From an uncultured bacterium (GTDB taxonomy: Bacteria; Verrucomicrobiota; Verrucomicrobiia; Limisphaerales; UBA8199), in assembly GCA_963749495.1 (NCBI GenBank), contig CAVVMW010000010.1:320001-384000 (forward strand): 64,000 nucleotides of DNA. Direction: 5' to 3'. Under the pieces are notes generated by a model, which saw only the letters and a list, made by a program, of their open reading frames with translations, did not search any database and was not told where the DNA came from. Position 1 is the first letter of the stretch. Every line of letters begins with the position of its first letter. The position numbers and the translations under genes are program-made. Shown in pieces: positions 1 to 9,959 of the stretch.

Positions 1-369
1 CGTTATCACCGCATCAGCAGCCACGGCACCGCCTTCGAGGGCGCCGAGGGCTGGGTACACGTGGACCGCGAAGGCATCCATCTCCAGCCCGAGAGCCTCA
101 TCGACGAAAAGGAAGAGGCCTTCGCAACCCAGCTTAAGAAGAGCTCAAATCATGTCCGCGATTTCCTGGACTGCGTCAAAAGCCGCGCCCAGACCATCTG
201 CCCCATCGACGAGTCGGTGCGCGGCAACGCCCTCTGCCACCTGAGCGACATCGCCATCCGCCTCAATCGCAAGGTGGTTTGGGACCTCTCCAAGGAGTGC
301 TTCCTGGAGGACGAGGAGGCCAACCTCCGGCTGCGCGCCCGCAAGATGCGCCCGCCCTGGCATCTGTGA
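1..369 (+). CDS. Gfo/Idh/MocA family oxidoreductase, C-terminal part (runs in from window edge)
   Basis: Open frame from base 1; C-terminal pattern 'HVRDFLDCVKSR..TICPI....CHL.DIA.RL.RK..WD...E.F..D.EAN' typical of this family. Confidence 0.75.
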   Translation, partial: RYHRISSHGTAFEGAEGWVHVDREGIHLQPESLIDEKEEAFATQLKKSSNHVRDFLDCVKSRAQTICPIDESVRGNALCHLSDIAIRLNRKVVWDLSKECFLEDEEANLRLRARKMRPPWHL

Positions 370-377
370 CTTGGGGG

Positions 378-472
378 GGCCTTTGTCGCAGCCTTTGTCG
401 AAACCTTTGTCGAGAAATGGCCAATCCGACAAAGGTTTCGACAAAGGCTGCGACAAAGGTCTGGAATCAGTG
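378..472. repeat. Palindromic intergenic repeat family A (CTTTGTCG...CGACAAAG)
   Basis: Iterated ctttgtcg units followed by inverted cgacaaag units; further copies near 5699, 33061, 52465, 54934, 63642. Confidence 0.9.
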
Positions 473-548
473 TCCGGCTGCGCTCTGTAACCCCAGGGCG
501 CCAACTCGGGGGGATTGCCTGGCATGTTTGCCCGATCTATATTGAATT

Positions 549-1142
549 ATGAAGATTGAATCCTTGAGCTTCTGGCGGGCGCTCCTGGCGGGCATTGCGG
601 TCGCCCTGGTATCGGGCCAGGCAGCGCGGGGCGCGACCAATCCCACGGCCCTTCAACTAATCAAGGAAGGCAACCGTTACGTGGGCGAGCAATCCAAGGA
701 CAAGGTCATCCAGATTCACTCGGAGAAATCCGTTGGCAGCGTGACGCCCAACGTCTGGACCCTGGTGTACTACGACCCGACGGCCACCTTCAAGGCCGTC
801 GAGGTCAAGTTCGGCGCCGGCACGATGCTGGAGGTGAAGCGGCCCATGCGGTTGCTGCAACCGGTCACGGGCGGCAATGCGCCGCTGGCTTTGGACAAGG
901 TCAAGGTGGACTCCGACCAGGCCATTAACACCGTCCTCAAGGAACCGCTGCTGGAGAATATCAAGGTTACCTCGACCCAGCTCAAGCTGGAGCGCGGGCC
1001 GGGCGAGGTGGTGTGGAAGGTCCGGCTCTGGGCGGCCAAGGTCAACAACCCCGCGCGCACCGCCGATGTCGGCGAAGTCTGGGTTTCCGCCGCGGACGGC
1101 AAAGTCGTGAAGACGCAGTTGCACCTGGACCGCCTCACCTGA
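549..1142 (+). CDS. Secreted hypothetical protein, possibly PepSY-like
   Basis: Signal-peptide-like N-terminus; C-terminal 'VW.V.L...GEVWVSAADGKVV' resembles PepSY. Confidence 0.6.
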   Translation: MKIESLSFWRALLAGIAVALVSGQAARGATNPTALQLIKEGNRYVGEQSKDKVIQIHSEKSVGSVTPNVWTLVYYDPTATFKAVEVKFGAGTMLEVKRPMRLLQPVTGGNAPLALDKVKVDSDQAINTVLKEPLLENIKVTSTQLKLERGPGEVVWKVRLWAAKVNNPARTADVGEVWVSAADGKVVKTQLHLDRLT

Positions 1143-1157
1143 GCCTTGCGCGGCCTT

Positions 1158-2087
1158 ATGGAAAAGGTTGTCATCGTGGGTTCGGGGTGCGCCGGGTTGA
1201 CGGCGGCGCTGTACACGGCGCGGGCCAATTTGGGGCCGCTGGTCATTGCGGGCAGCCAGCCGGGCGGTCTGCTGACGACGACCACGCTGGTTGAAAACTA
1301 TCCCGGTTTTCCCGAGGGTGTGGACGGATTCGAGCTGGCGTCGCGGATGCAGAAGCAGGCCAAACGCTTTGGCGCGCGCATCCAGTTCGGCCTGGTCGAG
1401 GCGGTGGACCTGTCCAAAGACCCGTTCGTGCTGACGGTGGACGGCGAGCGGGTGGAGGCCCAGACGCTCATCGTGGCCAGCGGCGCGCGCCACCGGCACC
1501 TTGGGCTGGAGAGCGAACTCAAGCTCGAAAACAAAGGGGTGACCTATTGCGCAACCTGCAACGGCGCCCTGCCGCTCTTCCGCAACCAACCGCTCGTGGT
1601 GGTGGGAGGAGGCGATTCGGCCTGCGAAGAGGCCCTCTACCTCACCCGGTTCGGCTCCGTGGTGCATTTGGTCCACCGCCGCGAGACGCTGCGCGCCTCC
1701 AAGATCATGGCGCAACGGGCCCTTTCCCATCCCAAGATCCGCCCGATCTGGGACTCGATTGTGCTCGAAATCCTCGATGCCAGCCAGGGCAAGGTCACCG
1801 GCGTGCGGCTGACGAATCTCAAGACCAGGTCCGAGAACGTCCTGGCGTGCGCCGGGGTCTTTGTGGCCATCGGCCACGTGCCGAACACCGAACTCTTCAA
1901 AGGCCTCCTGGATATGGACGAACACGGCTACATCATCCCCAAGCGCGGCACAGCCACCAACGTGCCGGGCGTCTTTGTGGCCGGGGACTGCGCCGACCGG
2001 GTGTATCGCCAGGCCGTCACCGCGGCCGGCTCCGGCTGCGCCGCCGCCATCAATGCCGAACGCTACCTGGCGGCAAGGAACGGCTGA
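1158..2087 (+). CDS. trxB: Thioredoxin reductase
   Basis: GSGCAGLTAA FAD motif, VENYPGF, CATC redox motif, GGGDSA NADPH motif, YRQAVTAAGSG. Confidence 0.95.
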   Translation: MEKVVIVGSGCAGLTAALYTARANLGPLVIAGSQPGGLLTTTTLVENYPGFPEGVDGFELASRMQKQAKRFGARIQFGLVEAVDLSKDPFVLTVDGERVEAQTLIVASGARHRHLGLESELKLENKGVTYCATCNGALPLFRNQPLVVVGGGDSACEEALYLTRFGSVVHLVHRRETLRASKIMAQRALSHPKIRPIWDSIVLEILDASQGKVTGVRLTNLKTRSENVLACAGVFVAIGHVPNTELFKGLLDMDEHGYIIPKRGTATNVPGVFVAGDCADRVYRQAVTAAGSGCAAAINAERYLAARNG

Positions 2088-2147
2088 CATTGGTCATTGG
2101 TCATTGGTCATTCCGCAGTCCGCACTCCGCATTACAGAGGGCAACTG

Positions 2148-3891
2148 TCAGGTGTTCACGTCCTCTGCCGCGGCATGCACTGGGCCCTCAGGACATCGTG
2201 GAGTGTGACCAGGCCCAGGACGTTGCCGCCCGGCTGGTCCAGCAGCACGACCAACAACGAGCCTCGATTCGATCGACCGGCCCTGGAGGTCGCTGATGGT
2301 CTGCTGGGGCAGGCAGGTAACGGCCGGCTCCAACTTGGGCGTGCGGCCCTCCTTGAGGGCCACCTGGGCTTCCTTGCGGGTGAGGATGCCGGCGAGGGTG
2401 CCGCCCGGGACGGCCGGGAACCGCTGGTACGGGTGCTGGTCCAGGAGCCGGCGGAGTTGGGCGGGGGCGAGGTCGCGGGCCAGCACGGGCCGGAAATTGG
2501 CGATGGCCGACACGGGCAGGCGCTGCCAGCTTTGCAGGTCGCGCGGCGGGATGACGTGCTCGAGCTGGTGGCCGTCCTGGACCAGTATCTCCTCGTAGAA
2601 GCTGTTCTTGTTGAGCTTGCGGCTGATCGCCTGGCTGACCAGGGCGCCCACCATCAGGGCCGGGACGAGCGAGAACTCGTGGGTCATCTCGAATACGATG
2701 AGAATGCCTGTGACGGGGGCGCGCACCACGGCGCCGAGGCAGGCGCTCATGCCGACCACCGCCAGGGCCAACTGGTCCGGGGCGGCCAACGGCAGGGCCA
2801 GGGCGCCCAGCCCCGCCAGGCAGACCCCGCACATGCCTCCCAGGAACAGGGTCGGCGAAAAAATGCCCCCGCAGCCACCCAGACCGTAGCACAAAACGGT
2901 GGCCAGCAGTTTGGTCCCCAGCAGCAGCCCGGCTATGTGCCAACTCAGGTGGTGGCTCAGCCCGGCGGAGAGGTCATCATAACCCAGGCTGAACACGCCA
3001 AGGCGGCCGGCCCCAAAATGGGCGGTCAACAAAAAAACGGATGAGCCCAACCCCCAGGTGATGACGCCGCCCAGGGCGGGCCGCGCCCAGGGCGGCACGC
3101 GCCTGAACTCCTTGCGCCGCGCCCGCAACCGCATGGTCCCCCTCTGGAACACAACCCCGACGAGCGCCGCCGCGCCGGCCACCACGGGCGTCAGAACATA
3201 GACCAGCCAACCGGAAGGCTCGACGCCGGTCATCGTGAAAGGCCGGCTGCCTGCCGACCAGGCCATGGACCACCAAGGCGCCGATGACCGAAGCCAGGAG
3301 CACGCTGCCCAGCAGGCTGCTGTTGAGGTCAGCGATGATCTCTTCGAGCACGAACGTCGTGGCCGCCAGCGGCGTGTTGAAAGCGGCCGCCAGCCCGGCC
3401 GCCGCCCCGGCCGCCGCAGCCATGCGGCGGCGTTGTTTGGGCTCGCCGAGCAAGCCGGCCAGGTGCGACGCCAGGCCCCCGGCCAGTTGCACGCTGGGGC
3501 CCTCGCGGCCCAGGCTGCAACCGCCGCCGATGCTCAGGACGCCCGCCACGTACTTGACCCACACCACCCGCCAGGGCACAAATCCGAAGTCCTTCCAAAA
3601 GGCCAGCTTGAGCTGGGGAATGCCGCTGCCCGAGGCCGTCGGGGCAAAGCGGGTGAGCAGATAGCCCACGATCAGCGAGGTCGTCACCACCACCAGCAGG
3701 CTCCCCAGCAGGAACGCCAGCGTGGATTGGTGCGAAAACTGGACGAGGGTGCCGTTGTAGAGCCAGTTCATGCCCTGTTGAAAGGCGACCGCCCCCAGAC
3801 CGGCCCCCAATCCGAAGATGCAGGTCAAGAAGATGGGCCGCCCCTGGCCCGGCAATCTCTGCGCAAACTGCGCCAGGCGATTAAGGTTCAT
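2148..3891 (-). CDS. ClC family H+/Cl- transporter with C-terminal CBS domains; frameshifted near 3240 and 2270
   Basis: GSGIP, GREGP and GGIFSP signatures split across ORFs 2977..3891 and 2148..3266. Confidence 0.85.
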
Positions 3892-3927
3892 GGTGAGGCG
3901 GCTGAGAATGTCCGCGTTCCGGGCGCG

Positions 3928-4908
3928 CTATGAGAAGATAATCTGCGAGCCGGGGGCGTTGAGCTTGACCTGGAGGAGTTGGCGGTCGCAAAAGGTTTCC
4001 TTGAGTTTGGGCTGGGCGTCTTCCGGGGCGAAGAGGAGCAGGAAGCCGCCGCCGCCCGCCCCCAGGAGCTTGCCGCCCCAGGCGCCCGCCTTGATGGCGC
4101 GCTCGTACATCTCATTGATCTCGGTGTTGGAGACCCCGCCGTCCAGGGTCCGTTTGGCCTGCCAGGCACGGTCGAGCAGTTCGCCAAATTCGCGCCAGGG
4201 GCGTTGGCCGGTGAGCAGTTCGCAGCCTTCATAGACCATGGCGCGCATGGCGCGCAGGGCCGGGGTGTTCTCCTGCACCCGCTTGAGTTGCGGCGCAACG
4301 ATGTCCGAGGCCTTGCGTTTGATGCCGGTGAAGACCAACAGGAGATGCCGCTCCAGTTCGGCCAGGCGCCGGACCGAGAGCGGCACCCGGTTGACGGCGA
4401 AATCGGTCTCGGTGCGGAACTCGACGAGGTTGAATCCGCCAAAGGCTGCCAGGACCTGGTCCTGGCAGCCCACATTCTCGTGGAGCAGGTGCCGCTCGAC
4501 ATAGATGGCCTCGCAGGCCAGTTCCATGGGCCGGAGGAACTCGCCCTTGAAGCTGTGCAGCGCGTGCAGCAGCGAGACGGTGAAAGTGGAGGAGGAACCC
4601 AGCCCGGTGAAGGCCGGCAGGTCCGCCATGGCGTGCAGCTCGATGTCCTTCTCCAACCCGCACAGCTTGAGGCATTCGCGATAGACATTGTGTTCGAGGT
4701 CGGCCAACTGGCGCGCCAGTTCGACTTTGCGGTAAGAGATGCGCACCGAGTAGTCAAACAAGCGGCTTGGGAAAGGGCTGGCCGTAATGTAGGAGTACTT
4801 GTCCACCGCCGTGGCCAGCACGGCGCCGCCTTCCTTCACGAAATACTCCGGGTAGTCGGTCCCTCCGCCGAGGAAGCTGATGCGGACCGGGGCGCGGGAA
4901 ATGATCAT
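3928..4908 (-). CDS. GHMP kinase, D-glycero-D-manno-heptose 7-phosphate kinase-like (HddA family)
   Basis: RAPVRISFLGGGTD, GLGSSS, GCQDQ, GGKLLGAGGGG. Confidence 0.85.
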   Translation of the reverse strand: MIISRAPVRISFLGGGTDYPEYFVKEGGAVLATAVDKYSYITASPFPSRLFDYSVRISYRKVELARQLADLEHNVYRECLKLCGLEKDIELHAMADLPAFTGLGSSSTFTVSLLHALHSFKGEFLRPMELACEAIYVERHLLHENVGCQDQVLAAFGGFNLVEFRTETDFAVNRVPLSVRRLAELERHLLLVFTGIKRKASDIVAPQLKRVQENTPALRAMRAMVYEGCELLTGQRPWREFGELLDRAWQAKRTLDGGVSNTEINEMYERAIKAGAWGGKLLGAGGGGFLLLFAPEDAQPKLKETFCDRQLLQVKLNAPGSQIIFS

Positions 4909-5639
4909 AGGAACTGGCCGAGGTTGTGCCGGATGAATGGCTCGGCCTGGGGCAGGGTCTCCGGCGTGCCGATGTCCAGAAACGGGGCGTCCACGACATG
5001 CACTTTCAAGCAGGCGCTTCGGGATGTCAACGCTGGAAACACGTCGGTCTCGAAGCTCAAGGGCAGGCGCGCCGGGAACTGGGCGAGCAACTCCGGGCGC
5101 AGCAGGTAAACGCCGGCGCTGATGATGCCCCGGCCGGGCCGCTTTTCCTGGAACCCGCGCAGCGCCCCGTCAGGCCCAAAGGCCAGGGTGCCGTAGCGCG
5201 AGGCATCCGGCACCTCGCGCCCGAGGATCACCCCGCCCGCCGTGTCGTCCAGCAGGCGGGCGGCGGCCGCCAGGTCGGCAAAGACCATCGAATCGCCGTT
5301 CAAGACCAGCCACGCGGCCGGCGAGCGGCCGCAGGCGCGCGCCGCATTCAGGAACCCGCCCGCGGTCCCCAGCGGCCGGGTCTCGGCGATGCACACTACC
5401 CTCACGCCACTGACGGGCGCGGAGGCGAAGTGCCGCTCGGTCACCTCGGCCTTGTAGCCGGTCGAGAGCACGACCTCCGCCACGCCCTGCCGCCCCAGGT
5501 AGCGCACCACCCACTCCAGGAACGGCCTGCCCGCCACGGGCGCCATGGGCTTGGGCAACCCCTCCAGCAAGTGCCGCACCCGGGTCCCAAACCCGCCCGC
5601 CAGCACCACCGCCGTAACGTCGCCAAGCTCTATAGGCAT
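4905..5639 (-). CDS. Sugar-phosphate nucleotidyltransferase (HddC-like)
   Basis: LAGGFGTR..PKPM, LGTAG, NGDS, FLDIGTPE; overlaps the kinase start. Confidence 0.85.
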   Translation of the reverse strand: MPIELGDVTAVVLAGGFGTRVRHLLEGLPKPMAPVAGRPFLEWVVRYLGRQGVAEVVLSTGYKAEVTERHFASAPVSGVRVVCIAETRPLGTAGGFLNAARACGRSPAAWLVLNGDSMVFADLAAAARLLDDTAGGVILGREVPDASRYGTLAFGPDGALRGFQEKRPGRGIISAGVYLLRPELLAQFPARLPLSFETDVFPALTSRSACLKVHVVDAPFLDIGTPETLPQAEPFIRHNLGQFL

Positions 5640-5698
5640 ACGCCGACAAGGCCAAGCCGCGTAGATAGAACCTGCCCCGAAAACCCCGCGAGTGGGGG

Positions 5699-5783
5699 GA
5701 CCTTTGTCGCAGCCTTTGTCGAAACCTTTGTCGGATTGGCCATTTCTCGACAAAGGTGCCGACAAAGGCTGCGACAAAGGTCC
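5699..5783. repeat. Palindromic repeat family A
   Basis: Near-identical to 378-472. Confidence 0.9.
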
Positions 5784-5836
5784 GGAATCAGCGCTCTTGG
5801 GACAGGCTCTATATACGGCCTCATACACGATGATCC

Positions 5837-6769
5837 CTACACATTCGAATATACGCTGTTGCGCAGGATGGTGTAGGCCTTGATCAGTTCCTGGATGCCG
5901 CGGTCCAGGCTCCACTCGGGCCGGAAACCGGTGGCGGCGATGCGGGCGTTGGACACGATATAGTCCCGCTTGTCCGGGTCCTCACCGATGGGCGCTTCCA
6001 GATAAACGAACTTGGGCAGGCGCTTCCGGATGAGGGCGCACAGTTCGAGCTTCGACAGGTTGGCGTCGTCCAGGCCCACGTTGTAGGCCCGGCCTTTCAT
6101 GGTCTCGAAGCGGTCCAGGCCATGGACGAAGGCGCGGGCAACGTCGCGCACGTGGATGTAATTGCGCTTGAAGTGCCCTTCGAAGATGACGACCGCGCGG
6201 TCGGTGCAGGCCCGGTGCACAAAATCATTGACCAGCAGGTCAATGCGCATCCGGGGCGAGGCGCCAAAGACGGTGGCCAGGCGGAAGCTGATGCTGTTCT
6301 GGCGCGCCAGGACGCTCCGCTCGGCCTTGACCTTGGTCACGCCGTAGAGGGAGATGGGCCGCAGGGGCGAGTCTTCCGTGCAGGGCGCGCCCTTCTGGCC
6401 GATGCCGTAGCCGCTGTTGGTCACCGGCATCAGAATCCATTGCGCCGGCGAGGTGATCCGGCAGAGCATCTCCACTGCGTCGCAGTTGGTTGTCTGCGCC
6501 CCAACCGGGTCCCGCTCGCACAGCGGCGCGCCCACCAGGGCGGCCAGCGGGATGATCACGTCCGCCCGGGCCGCCAGCTTCTTCATCAACCCCTCGTCCC
6601 GGCCATCGCCCCGCACCACCTGGAAGGCCTCGTGCCGGCAGCAATCTGTGAGGCTGTTCTGGCGGAACATGAAGCTGTCCACCACCGTCACCTCATGACC
6701 CAACCCCAGCAGCGCGGGAGTCAACACCGACCCGATGTACCCCGCTCCGCCCGTGATGAGAATCTTCAT
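5837..6769 (-). CDS. NAD-dependent epimerase/dehydratase (extended SDR)
   Basis: ILITGGAGYIGS; YGVTK (YxxxK); RLATVFG. Confidence 0.9.
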   Translation of the reverse strand: MKILITGGAGYIGSVLTPALLGLGHEVTVVDSFMFRQNSLTDCCRHEAFQVVRGDGRDEGLMKKLAARADVIIPLAALVGAPLCERDPVGAQTTNCDAVEMLCRITSPAQWILMPVTNSGYGIGQKGAPCTEDSPLRPISLYGVTKVKAERSVLARQNSISFRLATVFGASPRMRIDLLVNDFVHRACTDRAVVIFEGHFKRNYIHVRDVARAFVHGLDRFETMKGRAYNVGLDDANLSKLELCALIRKRLPKFVYLEAPIGEDPDKRDYIVSNARIAATGFRPEWSLDRGIQELIKAYTILRNSVYSNV

Positions 6770-6855
6770 ACAAAAACTTAAACTGTATGGTGAAAGTATC
6801 CGGATGCGGGGGGCGAGTGTCGAGTGCCGAGTGGCGAGGGGCCAGGAGCTTCCCA

Positions 6856-7066
6856 AATGACGAATGACGAATGACGAATGACGAACGCCAAAGGCGCCGG
6901 ATCCATGTGCCGTTTCGTCATTCGCCATTCGTCATTCGTCATTGGCAATCCCCTGCGCCCCACCCCAGACCCAACATCCCCCCTGGCACATTCCGCGCTC
7001 CGCACTCCGCACTCCGCATTCCGCATTCGGTCCATTCGTCATTCGTCATTCGTCATTCGTCATTCG
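6856..7066. repeat. Heptamer tandem repeats (AATGACG/CGTCATT, CCGCACT)
   Basis: Directly visible; similar arrays at 2087-2112, 11434-11468, 12947-12977. Confidence 0.85.
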
Positions 7067-7118
7067 CCCCCCTGCGCCGGGCGTTGACTTGCGGGGCGGG
7101 GGCGTCCATATTCGGCGC

Positions 7119-7879
7119 ATGGACTTCGACATATGGCGTCTGCTGGAACAGTGGGAATACCAGCCTGGAGAAGTTCTCGTCCGGCGCTTTCGGAGCAAGG
7201 AGGGGCAGGAGAGGATTCAGCTTCGCGTGGATTTGGGTTTGCTGCAGATGAACGCGGAGGGGCGGCCGGACGGGAAGAGGCCCTTGGGGTATCCGTCGTT
7301 GCTGGAGTACTACCAGGCGCGGCTCTACAAACACGTGGCGGCGCACGATGGCAGCGACGAGGGATTCCGCCTGGGGCCGAGGAGTGCGCCAAACTGCAGT
7401 TGGAGGCCCTCCAATACCATCATCGCTACATCTGCCTGCTGCAACTGGAGGACTACTCGGCCGTGATCCGGGATGCCGAGCGCAACCTGGCGGTGTTTGA
7501 GTTCGTCAGCAAGCATGCCCAAAGCGAGGAACTGGCCATGGCCCTGCGCCAATTCCAGCCGCAACTGATCATGGTGCTGACCCGGGCGCGGGGCTCGCAG
7601 GCGCTCAAGGCCGGCGACCACCCCCTGGCCATCCGCTGCGCCGAAGAGGGGCTCGAGAGCATCCGCGGCTTTTACCGCGAGTTCGGCCATGCCGAGGTGG
7701 CCGACCAGAGCGCCGAGATCCAGTCGCTGCAGAACTGGCTCGAGGAACTCCGCGCCCGGCGCCCTCTGTCCCGGCGCGAGCGCCTCGAACGCGCCCTCCA
7801 GGACGCCGTCACCTCCGAGGATTACGAGCGCGCCGCCAAGGTCCGCGACGCCTTGCGCAATCTGAAGGTGACCGAGTAG
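7119..7879 (+). CDS. UvrB/UvrC (UVR) motif-containing protein; frameshift in G-run near 7372
   Basis: 'IQLRVDLGLLQM...GRPDG' N-part joins 'LQYHHRY...' C-part ending 'L..AV..EDYERAAKVRD'. Confidence 0.8.
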
Positions 7880-7963
7880 CGCGCCAAGGCAAAGCTCGTC
7901 GGGAAATGCCGATGAGCACAGGGCCAGGCACGCTAAGCCCCCGGGACGATCACCTCTCCAAAT

Positions 7964-8671
7964 TTATAGGCGCGCTGTCGCTTGTAGAGGATGACATGGC
8001 TGCGGAAGAAGGTCGCTTGCCATCCGGCCCCCAGGTACATTCACGAGTTTGCGGATGAGGTCACGGGCTTTCCTCGGCACCCCGCGCAAGACAACGGGCT
8101 TGACCCCGTCGTCTTTCGGAATCTCAAATCGAAAGGTGAACGGCAGTTGCGATTTGAGCAGTTTTGCGAGAGATCCGACCGTCACGTCGTCCGGGATTTG
8201 GTCGCACACGTAATCTTCGTTGATCGGGTAGTGGCGGTCGAACCAACTGGGTTCCGTATCCTCTCGACCCCTGCCAACGTCTTTGGTGCCAAATCCTGTG
8301 CCGTTCCATTTGGCCTGGCGTAGGGCTCTGTAATGGGCGATGAGCGACGTTTCGTTCGCGATAGAGGTCCAGTTGAGGTCCATCATCAGGCACCGGAACT
8401 CGAGGTCGGCCAGCCTTATGCCCCGCCGGCCACGCAGCTTCCTATAATGCTCCTCCAGCCAATCCCTGACCTCCTGTGCCTTCCAGACAAAGACGACTTC
8501 GCGTTTGAGGGCCAATTGGTAAACGCCGGTGGCCAGTCCAATCCGTTTTTCGAACTCGCCGAGATCCTGGAGCGATTCCTGAGTCAAGGGCATGCCTCGC
8601 ATCGACTCGAGCCGCCCCTGCACTTGTCGGGTGAGTTCTCCAGGGAGATCGAATTCAAAGCGTTCGAACAT
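7964..8671 (-). CDS. GIY-YIG endonuclease, Eco29kI-like, possibly degenerate
   Basis: GVYQL...FVWKA (YxGKA variant), RDWLEEH, 'NGTGFGTKDVGRGR'. Confidence 0.6.
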   Translation of the reverse strand: MFERFEFDLPGELTRQVQGRLESMRGMPLTQESLQDLGEFEKRIGLATGVYQLALKREVVFVWKAQEVRDWLEEHYRKLRGRRGIRLADLEFRCLMMDLNWTSIANETSLIAHYRALRQAKWNGTGFGTKDVGRGREDTEPSWFDRHYPINEDYVCDQIPDDVTVGSLAKLLKSQLPFTFRFEIPKDDGVKPVVLRGVPRKARDLIRKLVNVPGGRMASDLLPQPCHPLQATARL

Positions 8672-8736
8672 AAGTAACCCTCCGATGCTCGGCACCGGTG
8701 ACGCCGTAGCTGCACAGGGGAAGGCAAATGGGCCGG

Positions 8737-9563
8737 TTAGATGCCGAGTTCATTTTCGAGATCGATAAGCGCCCTCTTGCGGGCGTGAAGCTCCCTTACC
8801 TTCACGAGGTTGATGAACCTAAGCTGGCCGTTGATTTCGTGAAAACTGCCGCGAACCAATTCCTGGATTTTAGGCGGGTCAGTGTCGTTGCCCACCAGGA
8901 AGATGTGGCTGTTCCAGAGGTCGAAGGCATGTTTCAACTTGGCGAGGTCGTGGTAGAGGTCGCCCTTCACATGAACTTCAAAGACGTAGGTCGGCACGGA
9001 TTGTTGGACTCTTCTCCAGACCACGTTTAATTTCCCCAGGTCGAAGGGATACTCCTCCTCGGCAAGATAACTTTGCAGGCTCCCAATTTCAACGAGTTGC
9101 CGCTTGATTTCCCCGTGGGCCGAGGGCAGCTCGACTTGGACCTCGTGGCTGTCCTTGAACTTCGAGACGAGTTCGGAAGCCAATATGGGTTCCAATTTGC
9201 GGAAACTTAACCCCGCCTTGAACCTCAAAACCTCGGAACTTATCTTGTCGGCCTCCCATCGGGCGGGTGGGAGACAGTAGCCCACGTTGAGCTCAAAGCG
9301 CAGCGGCCAGATCACGTTGCCTTTGGCCAACTCCTGAGGCCAGAGGGGCTTGGTCTGGCGAAACTTCGTCTTTATCGTTCCGTACCCGATTATCCCTGCA
9401 ACAGGCCTCATGGCATAGAAAAGGAGAACGTCATTCAGTTGCACGCTTTCCCAAAGCCTCTGCCGCTTGGCTCAAGCCCCCAAATATTGCCGAGACGGAA
9501 GGCCTCATTCCAATTGTTGATACTTCCAACTGCCATCCAGTAGTTCGGCCTGTTATTTTCCAT
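8737..9563 (-). CDS. EVE-like domain fused to PD-(D/E)xK nuclease-like domain; frameshift near 9470
   Basis: ATG at 9563 reads MENNRPNYWMAVGSINNW...IWGL, then shifts into 'DVLLFY...GIIGYG...LWP.E....WPLR'; C-part 'KLNVVW...YVFEVH'. Confidence 0.6.
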
Positions 9564-9599
9564 AATTTCTCAAACAGGCCCCTCGCCTGTGCGCTGCTT

Positions 9600-9852
9600 C
9601 TCGTTCAAACTCAGTGGAGAAGCCGGCTATCCAGGGAACCCAGCGGTGAATTGGCCGCTGTTTGTTATCGCTGAACGCGGAGTCGGCAAAACCCCCGTTC
9701 AGCTTGGTGACCCCGTTTTGCCCAGGCCGGGCAGCAGGTGAAGGTTGCGGAGGGATGAGGAGGCCTTGAAAATTCTCCTTGAACTTCAATGCGCCGGACC
9801 GATGCCCAGGGTCGGGGTATTCCAGTCTGCCGCGTTTCGCTGTTGTTGCCAC
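9600..9852 (-). pseudogene. 5' fragment of a DNA amino-methyltransferase (N4C-like)
   Basis: 'F.DNK.RPIHRWVPWIAGFS.EF' N-terminal motif, then the frame ends abruptly. Confidence 0.55.
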
Positions 9853-9959
9853 GTGAGTCCGGCGACATTTCTAGCACAACGCCGCCGACGGGCAAACCAT
9901 TTTATGCACACCTCGTCTGGCCTCCGCCCCGGGGCGCACGGACTCGCTCCCGGCTCCGC

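Noticed and set aside
378..472. Repeat families A-C as CRISPR arrays
   Set aside because: They are dispersed palindromes with no repeat-spacer periodicity, and no cas genes are present.
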